Position numbers and translations under genes: made by a program. From Candidatus Pacebacteria bacterium CG10_big_fil_rev_8_21_14_0_10_44_54 (lineage in GTDB: Bacteria; Patescibacteriota; Microgenomatia; UBA1400; PJMF01), in NCBI GenBank assembly GCA_002772695.1, contig PFDI01000001.1, positions 33,253 through 97,252 of the forward strand: 64,000 nt of DNA, written 5' to 3'. Below the pieces are notes generated by a model. It was not told the DNA's origin and ran no database searches. It saw only the letters and a list, made by a program, of their open reading frames with translations. Below, one piece after another: positions 55,357 through 64,000 of the stretch. Position 1 is the stretch's first letter; every line of letters starts with the position of its first letter.

Positions 55357-56472
55357 ATGCGCACTCGAATCTCGAAAACTTTTGGAAACATTACAACAGA
55401 CTTTTTGGTGTTTTTTCACTCTCTGAAGAGTTATGTGCGATTTCGTGGCTACAGATTGTTTGGACGATTCGAGGGAGTTAAAGGTGTGCTTGTCGACGTC
55501 TTGTACAAAAAGCGAGGTCGGTATGTTCGGCCATTCCTGCATGTTGGCACAATCGGTTTAATTTTTTTTACGATTATTTTGGGTCCCAAAGTCATTTCCT
55601 ATGCAGATCAAGGCAGTGAACGAGAAGGAGAGTCTGGCGTTCTTGAGAGTGGAGCCAGTGGCACCAGTTTTTATACCCAACAGGCAGAAGAAGTGCGACA
55701 GTTTCGTGGTGGAGAAATTTTGCTTCATACCGTAGTCGAAGGAGAGACGCTGTCTTCGATTGCCGAGCGCTATGGTCTTCAGGTAGAGACAATTTTGTGG
55801 GAAAATGATCTGACCGAGCGCAGTAAAATAAAGCCAGGCGATGAATTACGGATTCTTCCGGTTGATGGCATTCGTCACAAGGTTGCGCGCGGTGAAACAA
55901 TTTTTTCAATTGGCAAAAAATACAATTTGGAAGGATCGGAAGTCCAGGTGCTTGTCGACTACCCATTTAATGATTTTTTGAACGATGAAACATTCGAACT
56001 CGCTACGGGACAATTTTTGATGGTGCCAAATGGTACTAGAACTGTGGTGGCAAGTAGCTCTCGACCAACTGTTACTCGCGTCACCCCCGACGCAGGCTCT
56101 GTTACGGCTTTTGGTTCTTTTGTTTGGCCTGCTGCAGGCAGAATTACCCAAGGATACAGTTTCTTTCACAAGGCATTTGATATCGCTAATTCTTCTGGTG
56201 GCTCAATTCTTGCGGCAGACTCTGGCGTGGTGACTCAGGCAGGCTGGCTCGATGGCTTTGGTTACGGTAATCGCGTCATGATTGATCACGGCAATGGTAT
56301 GCAAACACTTTACGCACATATGTCGTCTATTCAAGTGCGAAGCGGCCAACGCGTCAATAGAGGAGATGTTTTGGGACAAATGGGAAGCACGGGCCGCTCA
56401 ACAGGAACACACCTCCACTTTGAAATTCGTCAGGGTGGGTCACTCCTCAATCCACAGAATTTTCTCCGGTAG
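55357..56472 (+). CDS. Membrane-anchored LysM-domain M23 family metallopeptidase
   Basis: Two LysM-like segments (HTVVEGETLSSIAERYG..., HKVARGETIFSIGKKYN...). C-terminal M23 motifs (NRVMIDHGNGMQTLYAHM...GSTGRSTGTHLHFEI). Confidence 0.8.
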   Translation: MRTRISKTFGNITTDFLVFFHSLKSYVRFRGYRLFGRFEGVKGVLVDVLYKKRGRYVRPFLHVGTIGLIFFTIILGPKVISYADQGSEREGESGVLESGASGTSFYTQQAEEVRQFRGGEILLHTVVEGETLSSIAERYGLQVETILWENDLTERSKIKPGDELRILPVDGIRHKVARGETIFSIGKKYNLEGSEVQVLVDYPFNDFLNDETFELATGQFLMVPNGTRTVVASSSRPTVTRVTPDAGSVTAFGSFVWPAAGRITQGYSFFHKAFDIANSSGGSILAADSGVVTQAGWLDGFGYGNRVMIDHGNGMQTLYAHMSSIQVRSGQRVNRGDVLGQMGSTGRSTGTHLHFEIRQGGSLLNPQNFLR

Positions 56473-56486
56473 GGTACAATGCTGCC

Positions 56487-57692
56487 ATGATTGATATTGT
56501 TGCGTTGCAATTTGTTGCAGGAGCCGGCGGTCGAGGCAGAGTCTCATTTTGTCGCTCTAAGTATATTTTAAAAGGTGGTCCAGACGGCGGTACGGGTGGT
56601 AGTGGTGGCTCGATTATTTTGCGGGCAGAGCGGTCGCAAAGCACGCTCAAGCGATACTCTGGTATCAAAACAATCTCGGCGGAATCAGGCAAAGATGGTG
56701 GTGCGAAAAATTGCACGGGAGCGTCGGCCAAAGACATAATCGTTTCTGTTCCGGTCGGAACAAATGTTTGGCAAATTAGTGAGAACAAGGTAGCTCAGCG
56801 ACGACGCCTTGCCAATGGATTGCGTAAAAAAAACTCGAGTAAGGCAGTGGAGCGTGAGGCATTTGTGCTCGAGCGAGAGGGAGCGGCGATACCTGTTCGA
56901 GAGCCAGACGTTGCGGAAGTACCAAAACACCTCACGACGAAAGTCCTCGCAGACGTTTCTCTAGCTACATCTGGCTACAAACTGATTGCATCACTTGCAG
57001 AGTCTGGACAAGAAATTGTTATTTGTCAGGGCGGTTTTGGTGGGCGCGGCAACGAACAGTTTAAGAGTTCTCGTGAGACAACACCCCTGCGAGCTGAGTA
57101 TGGCACCCCAGGAGAAGAGCGTTGGCTTGTGTTGGAGCAACAGCTTTTGGCCGACATTGGTCTTATTGGCCTGCCAAACGTGGGCAAAAGCACGCTGCTT
57201 TCAGTGCTTACTCAGGCAACTCCAGCAATTGGTTCATATCCGTTTACGACACTCGAACCCCAACTCGGAGTGTTATCTCAGGATGATCAGTCACAAGAAG
57301 TGGTTGTCGCCGATATCCCTGGATTGATCGCTGGTGCAAGCAAGGGTAAAGGTTTGGGTTTTTCCTTCCTGCGTCATGTGCGTCATTGTCGCGGACTTGT
57401 CTTTGTTTTGTCAGTTCCCGATGAGTTTCTTATTCGCTCTGTTTCAGAGCAAATAACAGCCCTACACGAGCAGTTTTTGCTCATTCGAAAAGAGTTGTCG
57501 GCCTATGACGTGAGTTTGACTGAAAAGAAAATGGTTGTTTGCATAACCAAGAGGGATCTATATTCGCCAGAATTGCTTACAGCACTCGAAAAAGAAGTGA
57601 TTGCTCATCAATCACCAATACTTGTGAGTGCTGCAACACACGATGGTTTGCAGCTTTTGCATCAAGCTTGTTTGCGATTGGCCAATTATTGA
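56487..57692 (+). CDS. obg: GTPase Obg, with an insertion of about 90 aa in the N-terminal Obg fold
   Basis: Gly-rich Obg N-terminus (KGGPDGGTGGSGGSIILRA). G1 motif GLIGLPNVGKSTLL. Additional FTTLEP and DIPGLI motifs. Confidence 0.8.
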   Translation: MIDIVALQFVAGAGGRGRVSFCRSKYILKGGPDGGTGGSGGSIILRAERSQSTLKRYSGIKTISAESGKDGGAKNCTGASAKDIIVSVPVGTNVWQISENKVAQRRRLANGLRKKNSSKAVEREAFVLEREGAAIPVREPDVAEVPKHLTTKVLADVSLATSGYKLIASLAESGQEIVICQGGFGGRGNEQFKSSRETTPLRAEYGTPGEERWLVLEQQLLADIGLIGLPNVGKSTLLSVLTQATPAIGSYPFTTLEPQLGVLSQDDQSQEVVVADIPGLIAGASKGKGLGFSFLRHVRHCRGLVFVLSVPDEFLIRSVSEQITALHEQFLLIRKELSAYDVSLTEKKMVVCITKRDLYSPELLTALEKEVIAHQSPILVSAATHDGLQLLHQACLRLANY

Positions 57693-59731
57693 GCGGGAGC
57701 GGGCGAAAGGCTTGTGTCTGGGGAAAGCTCGACATCATTTTCAGTTGGTTGTTGCATTCTGTCTTGACCAGCTTGGGGGACATTTTGATCGATTATGCTC
57801 GGCTGTGTTGTTTGATTCGCGCTTGCAGATGCTGACGCCGCTTGTTCTCCTATGGCTTTTTCGAGTTGCTCGAGTTCTGTTGTGATCGTAACGTAGTCTT
57901 CAGAACTAGGATCGAGTAAAGCTAAGACTTGCTGGTAGGAAGCTCTTGCTTGCTCGAGTTGATTGAGTCTGATTAGTGCTGTCGCCAAGTTGTAGTGAGC
58001 GTTGGCAAAATCTGGTTTGATCTCTACAGCTTGTTGGAAGAGGGTTGCCGCTTGAGCAAATTGTTCTTGAGAAAGAAAGATACCGCCGAGTGTAATGCGT
58101 AGGGCAGGGTTGGTGGGGTCGCTTTCGATAGCAGTCAGGTATGACTGAACTGTGAACTCCTCAGCTTGATCAGCAATGCCAATCATATTTTGATAAATCT
58201 GAGACAAGACTGCCCAATTTTGCGAGTCGTTTGGATCAAGGGCGGTGGCTGCACGAGCCTCTCGCACGGCTTGCTGCAAAAGTTCGCCGACCTGTGCTTG
58301 TTCTGCCTCGGTTGCATCTGTTTTATTTGAAAGTGCTGCAGCGATTAACATGTTGGTTAGGGCATACTGTCGGCGGAAGCTGTCGACATAGGGATTGATG
58401 GTGACAGCTCGTTGGTGTTGCTCGTATACAGCGATGCCGTCGTTTCTTTGGGCAGCGAGTGTTCCTTGGTGAATTGCTAGTTCGGCTGCGTATGCTTTGC
58501 CGACAAAAAAGAGTAGTGTGCCAAAACCGGCGGCGAAGAGTAGTGCAATGATATAAATAGGTGCGACAGCTTTGGAAGCTTGAGGAGATTGGCCGCCCTC
58601 GGTAATTAGTGATAGCGAAGGAGCTTTTAGTTTAAACATCGTATGATGTTCTGATTCTCCTGCCAAGTAGGCTGCCAAAAACACAAATTGTAAAAATGTG
58701 ACGATAACATTTGTTGGCAAGAACAGCTGCAACACACCACAAACAAGTGCAGCAAACAAAACAGGTTTGTTGCTAGCTTGCGTGTATTTTTGTGCGCCGT
58801 ACATTCTTGCGAGCAAAAATAACCAAGTAAACAGGCCAATAAAACCACCGATCGTCAGAAGGTAGAGTGGTGCGTTGGCTGCTTGGGAAAATTGGATGTT
58901 CCAGTTACTAGTCGCGTTTACCCAGAGTGGCTTAAATCGTAGGTAGGCATTGGAGTACGAAGCTGTGCCGACTCCGATGAGAGCAGTACGAGGTTCGCGA
59001 ATACTATCGAGCGCTATTGACCAACTTGCTTTAAACGACGGCAGTAGGACGGTACTTGGTTTGCCGGGAAGAATCGACCAGGTATGTAGGGCAACACCAA
59101 TGAGTAGGATAGGGAGTGTGATGGCGGCAAACTTAGAAATATGTTTGCTGTGCAGTACACCAGCAACAACACCGATTATTGCAATCACAAGGACTTGCAA
59201 AGCAATAAACGATGAACCAGCAAGGTTGAAGACGATACTATGTGGCAGAGGAACACCCAGGAGTGGTTCGATGAGTTTGCTGGGTCCAAAGCCGAGCAAC
59301 TGCAGTGCGCTACTGAGCGTGATGAGGATGGAGGCGATGACAACTGCTTTGAGTAAGACAGCTCCCGCATTCTTTGGCAAAATAACGCTACCGAGCAAAG
59401 TGATGATACTAGTGGCAACGAATACACCACCCATGCCAAGCAAGCTCTCCTGGGGGTATGAGTTGGTAAGCAGGCTGGAGGCAAGCATGCTGGCGCCAAA
59501 CAATAAAACAGGAAGTGAGAGTGGAGTCCAGAGAAAAGAAATAGCTTGTTTACTAATCGATTTGAGTGCAAAGAGCAAGCCAACAATACCAGCAAACCCA
59601 AGAACGGTGTAGAGCTTACTCAGAACGATGAAGTTGTCGGTGAAGGGAAACAATCCGACAACGGCTGCAAAGACAGCAACTACAAATACGGCAAGTGATA
59701 TTTTGGAGACAAGATCTGTATTATTTTTCAT
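57686..59731 (-). CDS. Polytopic membrane protein (O-antigen-ligase/Wzy-like region) fused to C-terminal TPR repeats
   Basis: About 12 hydrophobic helices in the N-terminal 400 aa. C-terminal TPR units (ATLFQQAVEIKPDFANAHYNLATALIRLNQLEQARASYQQVLAL). Confidence 0.45.
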   Translation of the reverse strand: MKNNTDLVSKISLAVFVVAVFAAVVGLFPFTDNFIVLSKLYTVLGFAGIVGLLFALKSISKQAISFLWTPLSLPVLLFGASMLASSLLTNSYPQESLLGMGGVFVATSIITLLGSVILPKNAGAVLLKAVVIASILITLSSALQLLGFGPSKLIEPLLGVPLPHSIVFNLAGSSFIALQVLVIAIIGVVAGVLHSKHISKFAAITLPILLIGVALHTWSILPGKPSTVLLPSFKASWSIALDSIREPRTALIGVGTASYSNAYLRFKPLWVNATSNWNIQFSQAANAPLYLLTIGGFIGLFTWLFLLARMYGAQKYTQASNKPVLFAALVCGVLQLFLPTNVIVTFLQFVFLAAYLAGESEHHTMFKLKAPSLSLITEGGQSPQASKAVAPIYIIALLFAAGFGTLLFFVGKAYAAELAIHQGTLAAQRNDGIAVYEQHQRAVTINPYVDSFRRQYALTNMLIAAALSNKTDATEAEQAQVGELLQQAVREARAATALDPNDSQNWAVLSQIYQNMIGIADQAEEFTVQSYLTAIESDPTNPALRITLGGIFLSQEQFAQAATLFQQAVEIKPDFANAHYNLATALIRLNQLEQARASYQQVLALLDPSSEDYVTITTELEQLEKAIGEQAASASASANQTTQPSIIDQNVPQAGQDRMQQPTENDVELSPDTSLSPAPAQ

Positions 59732-59811
59732 GCAGGATCATTTAAGCAATAATAAAGTGGTTTGTAAACAGGCAACCCAGAACCCAAAACTAGCAGTAAA
59801 AGTGCTACACT

Positions 59812-60525
59812 TTGCTAGTCATGAAACGCGGCTTTTCTCTCATAGAGGTACTCATTATAGTTGCTATTATTGGATTGCTTTTGACAGTCTTGTATTTTTT
59901 TTCTTTTCCACATCTGGCTCGAGGTCGCGACGGCAAGCGTTTGAGCGATCTCGATAAGTTGAAGGTTGTGTTTGAAGATTATTATAATGACAAGGGCTGC
60001 TACCCCCCAAGGAATACGCTAGAGCTGTACTGCGGCGGTGGTGGCAGCACTCTTCTCGACGCCTACATTCCAAAAGTCCCGTGTGACCCTCTCACAAAAG
60101 GGCCATACCTCTATAATGTTTTGAGCGATGACGACGTCAACCTCGACTGTCCCGTTCATGGATATAGGATTCTGGCTAATCTAGAGAGAGATGGGAGTGA
60201 GGCTAGTAATGTGATCAACTGTGGCGGCGAATATGGCTGTGGTTTTGGTGAAGATGGGGTCTTCTATGACTATGGTATCGCACAAGGTGCTGCAGTTTCG
60301 CTCTATGGTGCCGTCGCAGAATTGGAGGGTGGTGATGAAGAAGGAGGTGGTGGTGATGAAGAAGGGGGAGGCGAGGGTGGTTGGGAAGATTGGTGCTGTG
60401 CAGTGAGCACAGGAGTATGCACGGACATAACCGGAACACCAACCGCCTGCACGGGTGATCCCTTGGGAAACAGAGATTATCATGGTGCTGGCTCACAAGC
60501 ATCGTGTCTATCAAATTGCCAATGA
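59812..60525 (+). CDS. Type IV pilin-like protein (prepilin-type N-terminal cleavage/methylation domain) with a Gly/Glu-rich repeat and a Cys-rich C-terminus
   Basis: N-terminus MKRGFSLIEVLIIVAIIGLL (G-F-x-x-x-E class III signal). GGDEEGG tandem repeat. Six or more Cys residues in the C-terminal 60 aa. Confidence 0.7.
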   Translation: MLVMKRGFSLIEVLIIVAIIGLLLTVLYFFSFPHLARGRDGKRLSDLDKLKVVFEDYYNDKGCYPPRNTLELYCGGGGSTLLDAYIPKVPCDPLTKGPYLYNVLSDDDVNLDCPVHGYRILANLERDGSEASNVINCGGEYGCGFGEDGVFYDYGIAQGAAVSLYGAVAELEGGDEEGGGGDEEGGGEGGWEDWCCAVSTGVCTDITGTPTACTGDPLGNRDYHGAGSQASCLSNCQ

Positions 60526-60571
60526 TAGATCACAATTGTATAAACTATGGTACTAGGTATATGATGTTGGT

Positions 60572-61120
60572 ATGTTGCAGAAAGGTCGCTTTTCTTTGTG
60601 TGGTTTTACTTTGATTGAGCTTTTGGTGGTGATAGCTATTCTTGGCATTTTATCAACAATTGGTATTGGCTCGTTTCTCTCAAGTCAGATGAAGTCTCGA
60701 GACGCTCGTCGCAAAACAGATCTCAAAAATATAGCTATAGTGCTTGAGACGTACTATAACGATAAGAATTCCTATCCAACAGCAAGTTCGGGCAAAATAG
60801 TTGGCTGCGGTGCGGCAGGTACTGAGCCATGTTCTTGGGGTCAGGAATGGGCAGGAAATGGCGCCTTGTATATGGCAGTATTGCCCGACGATTCTTCTGC
60901 CTACAACTATACATATGTGTCAGACGGAGTTTCGTATGCTTTGTATGCACGACTTGAAAATACAGGCGATCCCAAAGCAGCCAAGGTAGGCGATGTGCCG
61001 GGTGGGTATACAGGAATTATTTGCGAAGGTACGACCACCCGCTGTAATTATGTAGTAGCAAGTAGTAATGCAACCCTCCCAGGTATTGTTGCTGATGGTT
61101 CAGAAGATCCAGAAGAATAA
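60572..61120 (+). CDS. Type IV pilin / pseudopilin-like protein
   Basis: N-terminus GFTLIELLVVIAILGILSTIGIGSF prepilin motif, then TDLKNIAIVLETYYNDKNSYP. Confidence 0.7.
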   Translation: MLQKGRFSLCGFTLIELLVVIAILGILSTIGIGSFLSSQMKSRDARRKTDLKNIAIVLETYYNDKNSYPTASSGKIVGCGAAGTEPCSWGQEWAGNGALYMAVLPDDSSAYNYTYVSDGVSYALYARLENTGDPKAAKVGDVPGGYTGIICEGTTTRCNYVVASSNATLPGIVADGSEDPEE

Positions 61121-61126
61121 TTTTTT

Positions 61127-61549
61127 ATGAGCAGCAAGAGAACTATCGATGTTGGTTTCACACTTATTGAGCTTTTGGTGGTGATTTCTATTATTGCTGT
61201 CTTGACGGCAATTTTATTGCCAAACCTGGTCGGTATCCGTGGGCGCGCAGCTGATGCGCGCAAGAAGGCAGACCTCAAAGAGTTTCAATCGGCGTTGCGG
61301 TTGTATTACAATGATAATCAGAAATATCCAGAGGAAGCAGATCTGGATGAAGCAACGGGACCTTTTCAGAACGGAACATATTCAATCTCGGTTCCAGAAG
61401 ACAGTGAGTATGTTCGTCTGAGTGACGATGCCTACAATATGTACGTCACCCTCACCAACGAAGCTGATCCTGATATCAATGAGAGCAAAACAAAATGTGG
61501 TATTTCACTTGATCCAGACAACTTTGATTACTATGTGTGCGCGCGGTAA
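61127..61549 (+). CDS. Type IV pilin / pseudopilin-like protein
   Basis: N-terminus GFTLIELLVVISIIAVLTAILLPNL prepilin motif, then ADLKEFQSALRLYYNDNQKYP. Confidence 0.7.
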   Translation: MSSKRTIDVGFTLIELLVVISIIAVLTAILLPNLVGIRGRAADARKKADLKEFQSALRLYYNDNQKYPEEADLDEATGPFQNGTYSISVPEDSEYVRLSDDAYNMYVTLTNEADPDINESKTKCGISLDPDNFDYYVCAR

Positions 61550-61576
61550 CGTCTTAGGAAAACTTCTACTTCCTGC

Positions 61577-63973
61577 TTAATTTACCATCCACCAGTTAAA
61601 CGGAACATCAACAACGGCTAGCGAGTCGAACCCGACGACAAAGAATCCATCCTGTTGGTTCTTGACGTACAACACCTGATTGTCTGTACTGCCAACTGGA
61701 GTGACGTAGATCAAACTTTGTTCTGTCAGGCCAGCAGCGTGGATAGTTAGTTCACTGGTTCCAGCTGCAATACGAGCCTTGCCAGAAGTCTTGTCGGTTG
61801 TAATTTCGCCGCTACTTGATGCAGTTTGTGTCTCGCTGCCGACGCCGATACCACCAGCAAAGTCGGCTTTGCCCTGGGCAGAGATGGTAGCCACGGGAGT
61901 GCCGAGTTCATTGATAATTTCAAAACGCGACTGCTTGACCTGGCCAGATTCGGTAGCAATACCAGCGACTTGTACCTGGAAAGGATTGCCAAAGTCGGCG
62001 GGTTGCAGGAGATTGGTGAGCAAGGTGTCCGCTTCGAGGGTACCCGCAACGTTGAGATTGCCATTGATCGCCACTGTGCCGTCGTCGCTCAATGTCATGA
62101 GACCAGCCAGGAGCGAGATTGTGCCTTTACCAGATGGTTGGATGTAGAGTGTTGGCTGTTCGACATCGGTTGGGTTGTAGGCGATGATACCATCAGAAAA
62201 CTCGAGGCCATTGCCGACGAAGAGTTTGTTGCCTACCCCGAGTGAGTCGGCGATATATCCCGTGCCGTTGACCGAAAAGTATTGATCGACAAAGAGGGCG
62301 GTGCTAGTAAGCACAACATCACCTTCGCCAAGTTGTAAATCTGCTAGTGTTGCTTGCAAAGCAGCAGACGGGGTTGCTTGGTAACCTGCTTGTTCGATGC
62401 TGGCGATAAGTTCTGAGTTTTCTGGAGTTGGTGTTTGTTGACCAATCAGTGTCTCGAGCAGGGTTGGTTCTTTTAGGCTCGTCGCTAATTTTTCTTCAAA
62501 GCCGTAAATGTTATTGGCATAGAGTGTACCCGAGATAGTAGCATCGACAATCTCTGCCGTCTGTGCGCGCACAGACTCGAGTTGGGCTATACCAGCTTCG
62601 AGTGCAGCAATCCGAGCCGAAGTGGCTTCGATTTCTCCCGCGACTAGGGTAGGAGTCTCGATTCTTTCTGCTGTTAGTGTCCCTGCGATTGTGGCGTTGT
62701 CGGCCAAAAGGGAGCCGAGTTTGGTTGGTCCAGTCACTCGGAGCGACTGGGTGGTGGTGCTGCCAGAAACAGTGGCGGTTTGGGCGGTGAGGGTCTCGAT
62801 CTGGGCGACTGGACTGACGAGGGTTTGTGATGGCGTGGTTGTAGGCGCAGTATTTTGCAGTGCTGTCTGGACGATTCCTTCGACATAGGCTTGCAGTGAT
62901 TGGCCACCAACTCTTAGTGACGTGACCGAGAGATCTGCAATGATGGCAGATTTGGTGACTACCAGATCTTGAGTGGTGATGAGACCAGCGCGGAGTTTGC
63001 CGATGACAGCTTCGGCGAGGAGCGAGATGCGAGTGATGGCGCTGCCAGATTGGGTGACGGTGTAGTTTTGGGATTGGTTGGCAATACTAACTGCTCCAGT
63101 GGAGGTGAGAGAAAGATCGGGGTCGTACCAAGAGAGCGAAACAAGCACAAGAATTTTTCCGACAGTATTTGGATTGGTGGCATTGTAATCTTCTAATGCT
63201 CGACCAACGATGAACCCAGCCTCTGTCGCTTTCTTACCAACACCTGGAGTGTTGCTAATCGTGATAGGATCTCCCATCTTAATGGTTCCATTTGTATTGC
63301 TTACTTTTACCGGAACTCTTCCGCTGAGAGCAAGTGGGCGCACTTTTGTTTTATCAACTATGCCTTCTTCGTTGAAACCATATCCTCTCATGAGCACACC
63401 AGGGTTTTCGGAAATAATGCCAATTATCCTATCTTTAGAGCTAGCCACTGCTTTGTCTGCAACAAAAGTATTGTAGTCTGGGTTCCAAGCTGGGTCCTGA
63501 CTGGCGGTATTTGCCATCACAATATCTCCTGCCTCGACATTGGTATTTTCAACGAGTACATTTTCTGCTAAGTCAAATGCGTTTGCATTGACATTGCCAT
63601 CAAAATCAGTTCTTCCATCCACGCCATGGTAGAAGCGTGCGGCATCAGAAGTGCCATCCCAAATATTAAAACTCGTGCCAGTATTGACCAGCCAAGCAAC
63701 AGCCCCAGTGGCGGGGGTAAGTAACACCGATGCATTGCCAGAGCTTGCTCGCACCCTGGCTGTGGCACTAGCGCCATACACATCGAGTGGATACGATGCG
63801 CTCGTCGTCCCGATGCCGACGTTGCCACCATTTGGTTGTAGTAGTACATAACTTGATGTTCGTGTTCCACTGGTTGTGCCTTGCAGAGTAAGATTTCCGT
63901 TGGCCGCGTCACTACCATTTATTGTCGCATTGTCAGCGGTAAAGGTAATACTAGTGGTAGTGTCCCAGTTCAT
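61577..63973 (-). CDS. Large (798 aa) Thr/Ser/Gly/Ala-rich, predicted beta-rich surface protein with a tail-fibre-like N-terminal motif
   Basis: N-terminal GNVGIGTTSASYPLDVYG segment reminiscent of phage tail-fibre/fibre-like proteins. Low-complexity T/S/G/A-rich body. Convergent with the pilin trio. Confidence 0.35.
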   Translation of the reverse strand: MNWDTTTSITFTADNATINGSDAANGNLTLQGTTSGTRTSSYVLLQPNGGNVGIGTTSASYPLDVYGASATARVRASSGNASVLLTPATGAVAWLVNTGTSFNIWDGTSDAARFYHGVDGRTDFDGNVNANAFDLAENVLVENTNVEAGDIVMANTASQDPAWNPDYNTFVADKAVASSKDRIIGIISENPGVLMRGYGFNEEGIVDKTKVRPLALSGRVPVKVSNTNGTIKMGDPITISNTPGVGKKATEAGFIVGRALEDYNATNPNTVGKILVLVSLSWYDPDLSLTSTGAVSIANQSQNYTVTQSGSAITRISLLAEAVIGKLRAGLITTQDLVVTKSAIIADLSVTSLRVGGQSLQAYVEGIVQTALQNTAPTTTPSQTLVSPVAQIETLTAQTATVSGSTTTQSLRVTGPTKLGSLLADNATIAGTLTAERIETPTLVAGEIEATSARIAALEAGIAQLESVRAQTAEIVDATISGTLYANNIYGFEEKLATSLKEPTLLETLIGQQTPTPENSELIASIEQAGYQATPSAALQATLADLQLGEGDVVLTSTALFVDQYFSVNGTGYIADSLGVGNKLFVGNGLEFSDGIIAYNPTDVEQPTLYIQPSGKGTISLLAGLMTLSDDGTVAINGNLNVAGTLEADTLLTNLLQPADFGNPFQVQVAGIATESGQVKQSRFEIINELGTPVATISAQGKADFAGGIGVGSETQTASSSGEITTDKTSGKARIAAGTSELTIHAAGLTEQSLIYVTPVGSTDNQVLYVKNQQDGFFVVGFDSLAVVDVPFNWWMVN

Positions 63974-64000
63974 AGCTGCACTGTTGCTTGCAAGGCTATA

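Noticed and set aside
60327-60385. Imperfect 21-bp tandem repeat ggtggtgatgaagaagg(a/g)gg
   Set aside because: It encodes the GGDEEGG x2 low-complexity segment of the first type IV pilin. It is a coding low-complexity repeat rather than a regulatory or mobile repeat.
1-64000. Searched by eye for CRISPR arrays, rRNA and tRNA genes
   Set aside because: No regularly spaced direct repeats with unique spacers. No GTTCGAATC-type T-loop in a cloverleaf context within any intergenic region. No rRNA-like conserved blocks. The only tandem repeats are short and in coding sequence.

Overview
The window reads as a gene-dense section of a small, reduced bacterial chromosome (about 45-50% GC by eye). It is probably a CPR/Patescibacteria (Saccharibacteria-like) organism. 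That call is inferred from the gene content: T4SS_pilin-like paralogs, membrane-anchored solute-binding protein, DUF4012, VanW, isopentenyl phosphate kinase, several split or short genes. The window spans the replication origin. dnaA (33977-35458) and dnaN (35712-36815) are separated by a 253-bp spacer that carries a perfect TTATCCACA DnaA box, and rpmH-rnpA-yidD-yidC-jag-rnhA follow on the same strand. Directly upstream of dnaA lies an approximately 29-kb monoderm (Gram-positive) style type IV secretion locus. It contains: (a) a tandem array of 9 small two-helix pilin-like paralogs (5.3-9.4 kb), with a tenth paralog at the left edge; (b) a 1435-aa secreted fusion of a glycoside-hydrolase-like domain and a VirB1-like lytic transglycosylase; (c) a VirB6/TrbL-like polytopic protein; (d) 1074-aa and 1448-aa giant proteins, the latter with glycine-zipper transmembrane segments and a C-terminal HExxH zincin motif; (e) a small bitopic VirB8-like candidate; (f) a PrgI/VirB3-like protein; and (g) a VirB4 ATPase split into two ORFs, with a perfect 11-bp hairpin in the 70-bp gap. 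No coupling protein, relaxase or integrase is visible, so the locus looks like a chromosomal, non-conjugative T4SS, plausibly for host interaction. Embedded in or near it are accessory modules: AbiEi/AbiEii, a GC-rich TacA/TacT pair beside a degenerate DHH-like protein and a DUF4143 ATPase, VapBC, and a roughly 1-kb cassette (XRE regulator plus a truncated DUF4143 paralog). The cassette is flanked by 34-bp direct repeats that duplicate the 3' end of a monofunctional riboflavin kinase gene. Other content is housekeeping: uppS and isopentenyl phosphate kinase in an overlapping operon behind an ECF sigma factor, valS, rplY, radA, rho (with a 620-bp structured leader), obg, an M23/LysM peptidase, an O-antigen-ligase-like/TPR membrane protein, three tandem type IV (prepilin-type) pilins and a large tail-fibre-like Thr/Ser/Gly-rich protein. 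I saw no rRNA, tRNA or CRISPR array.
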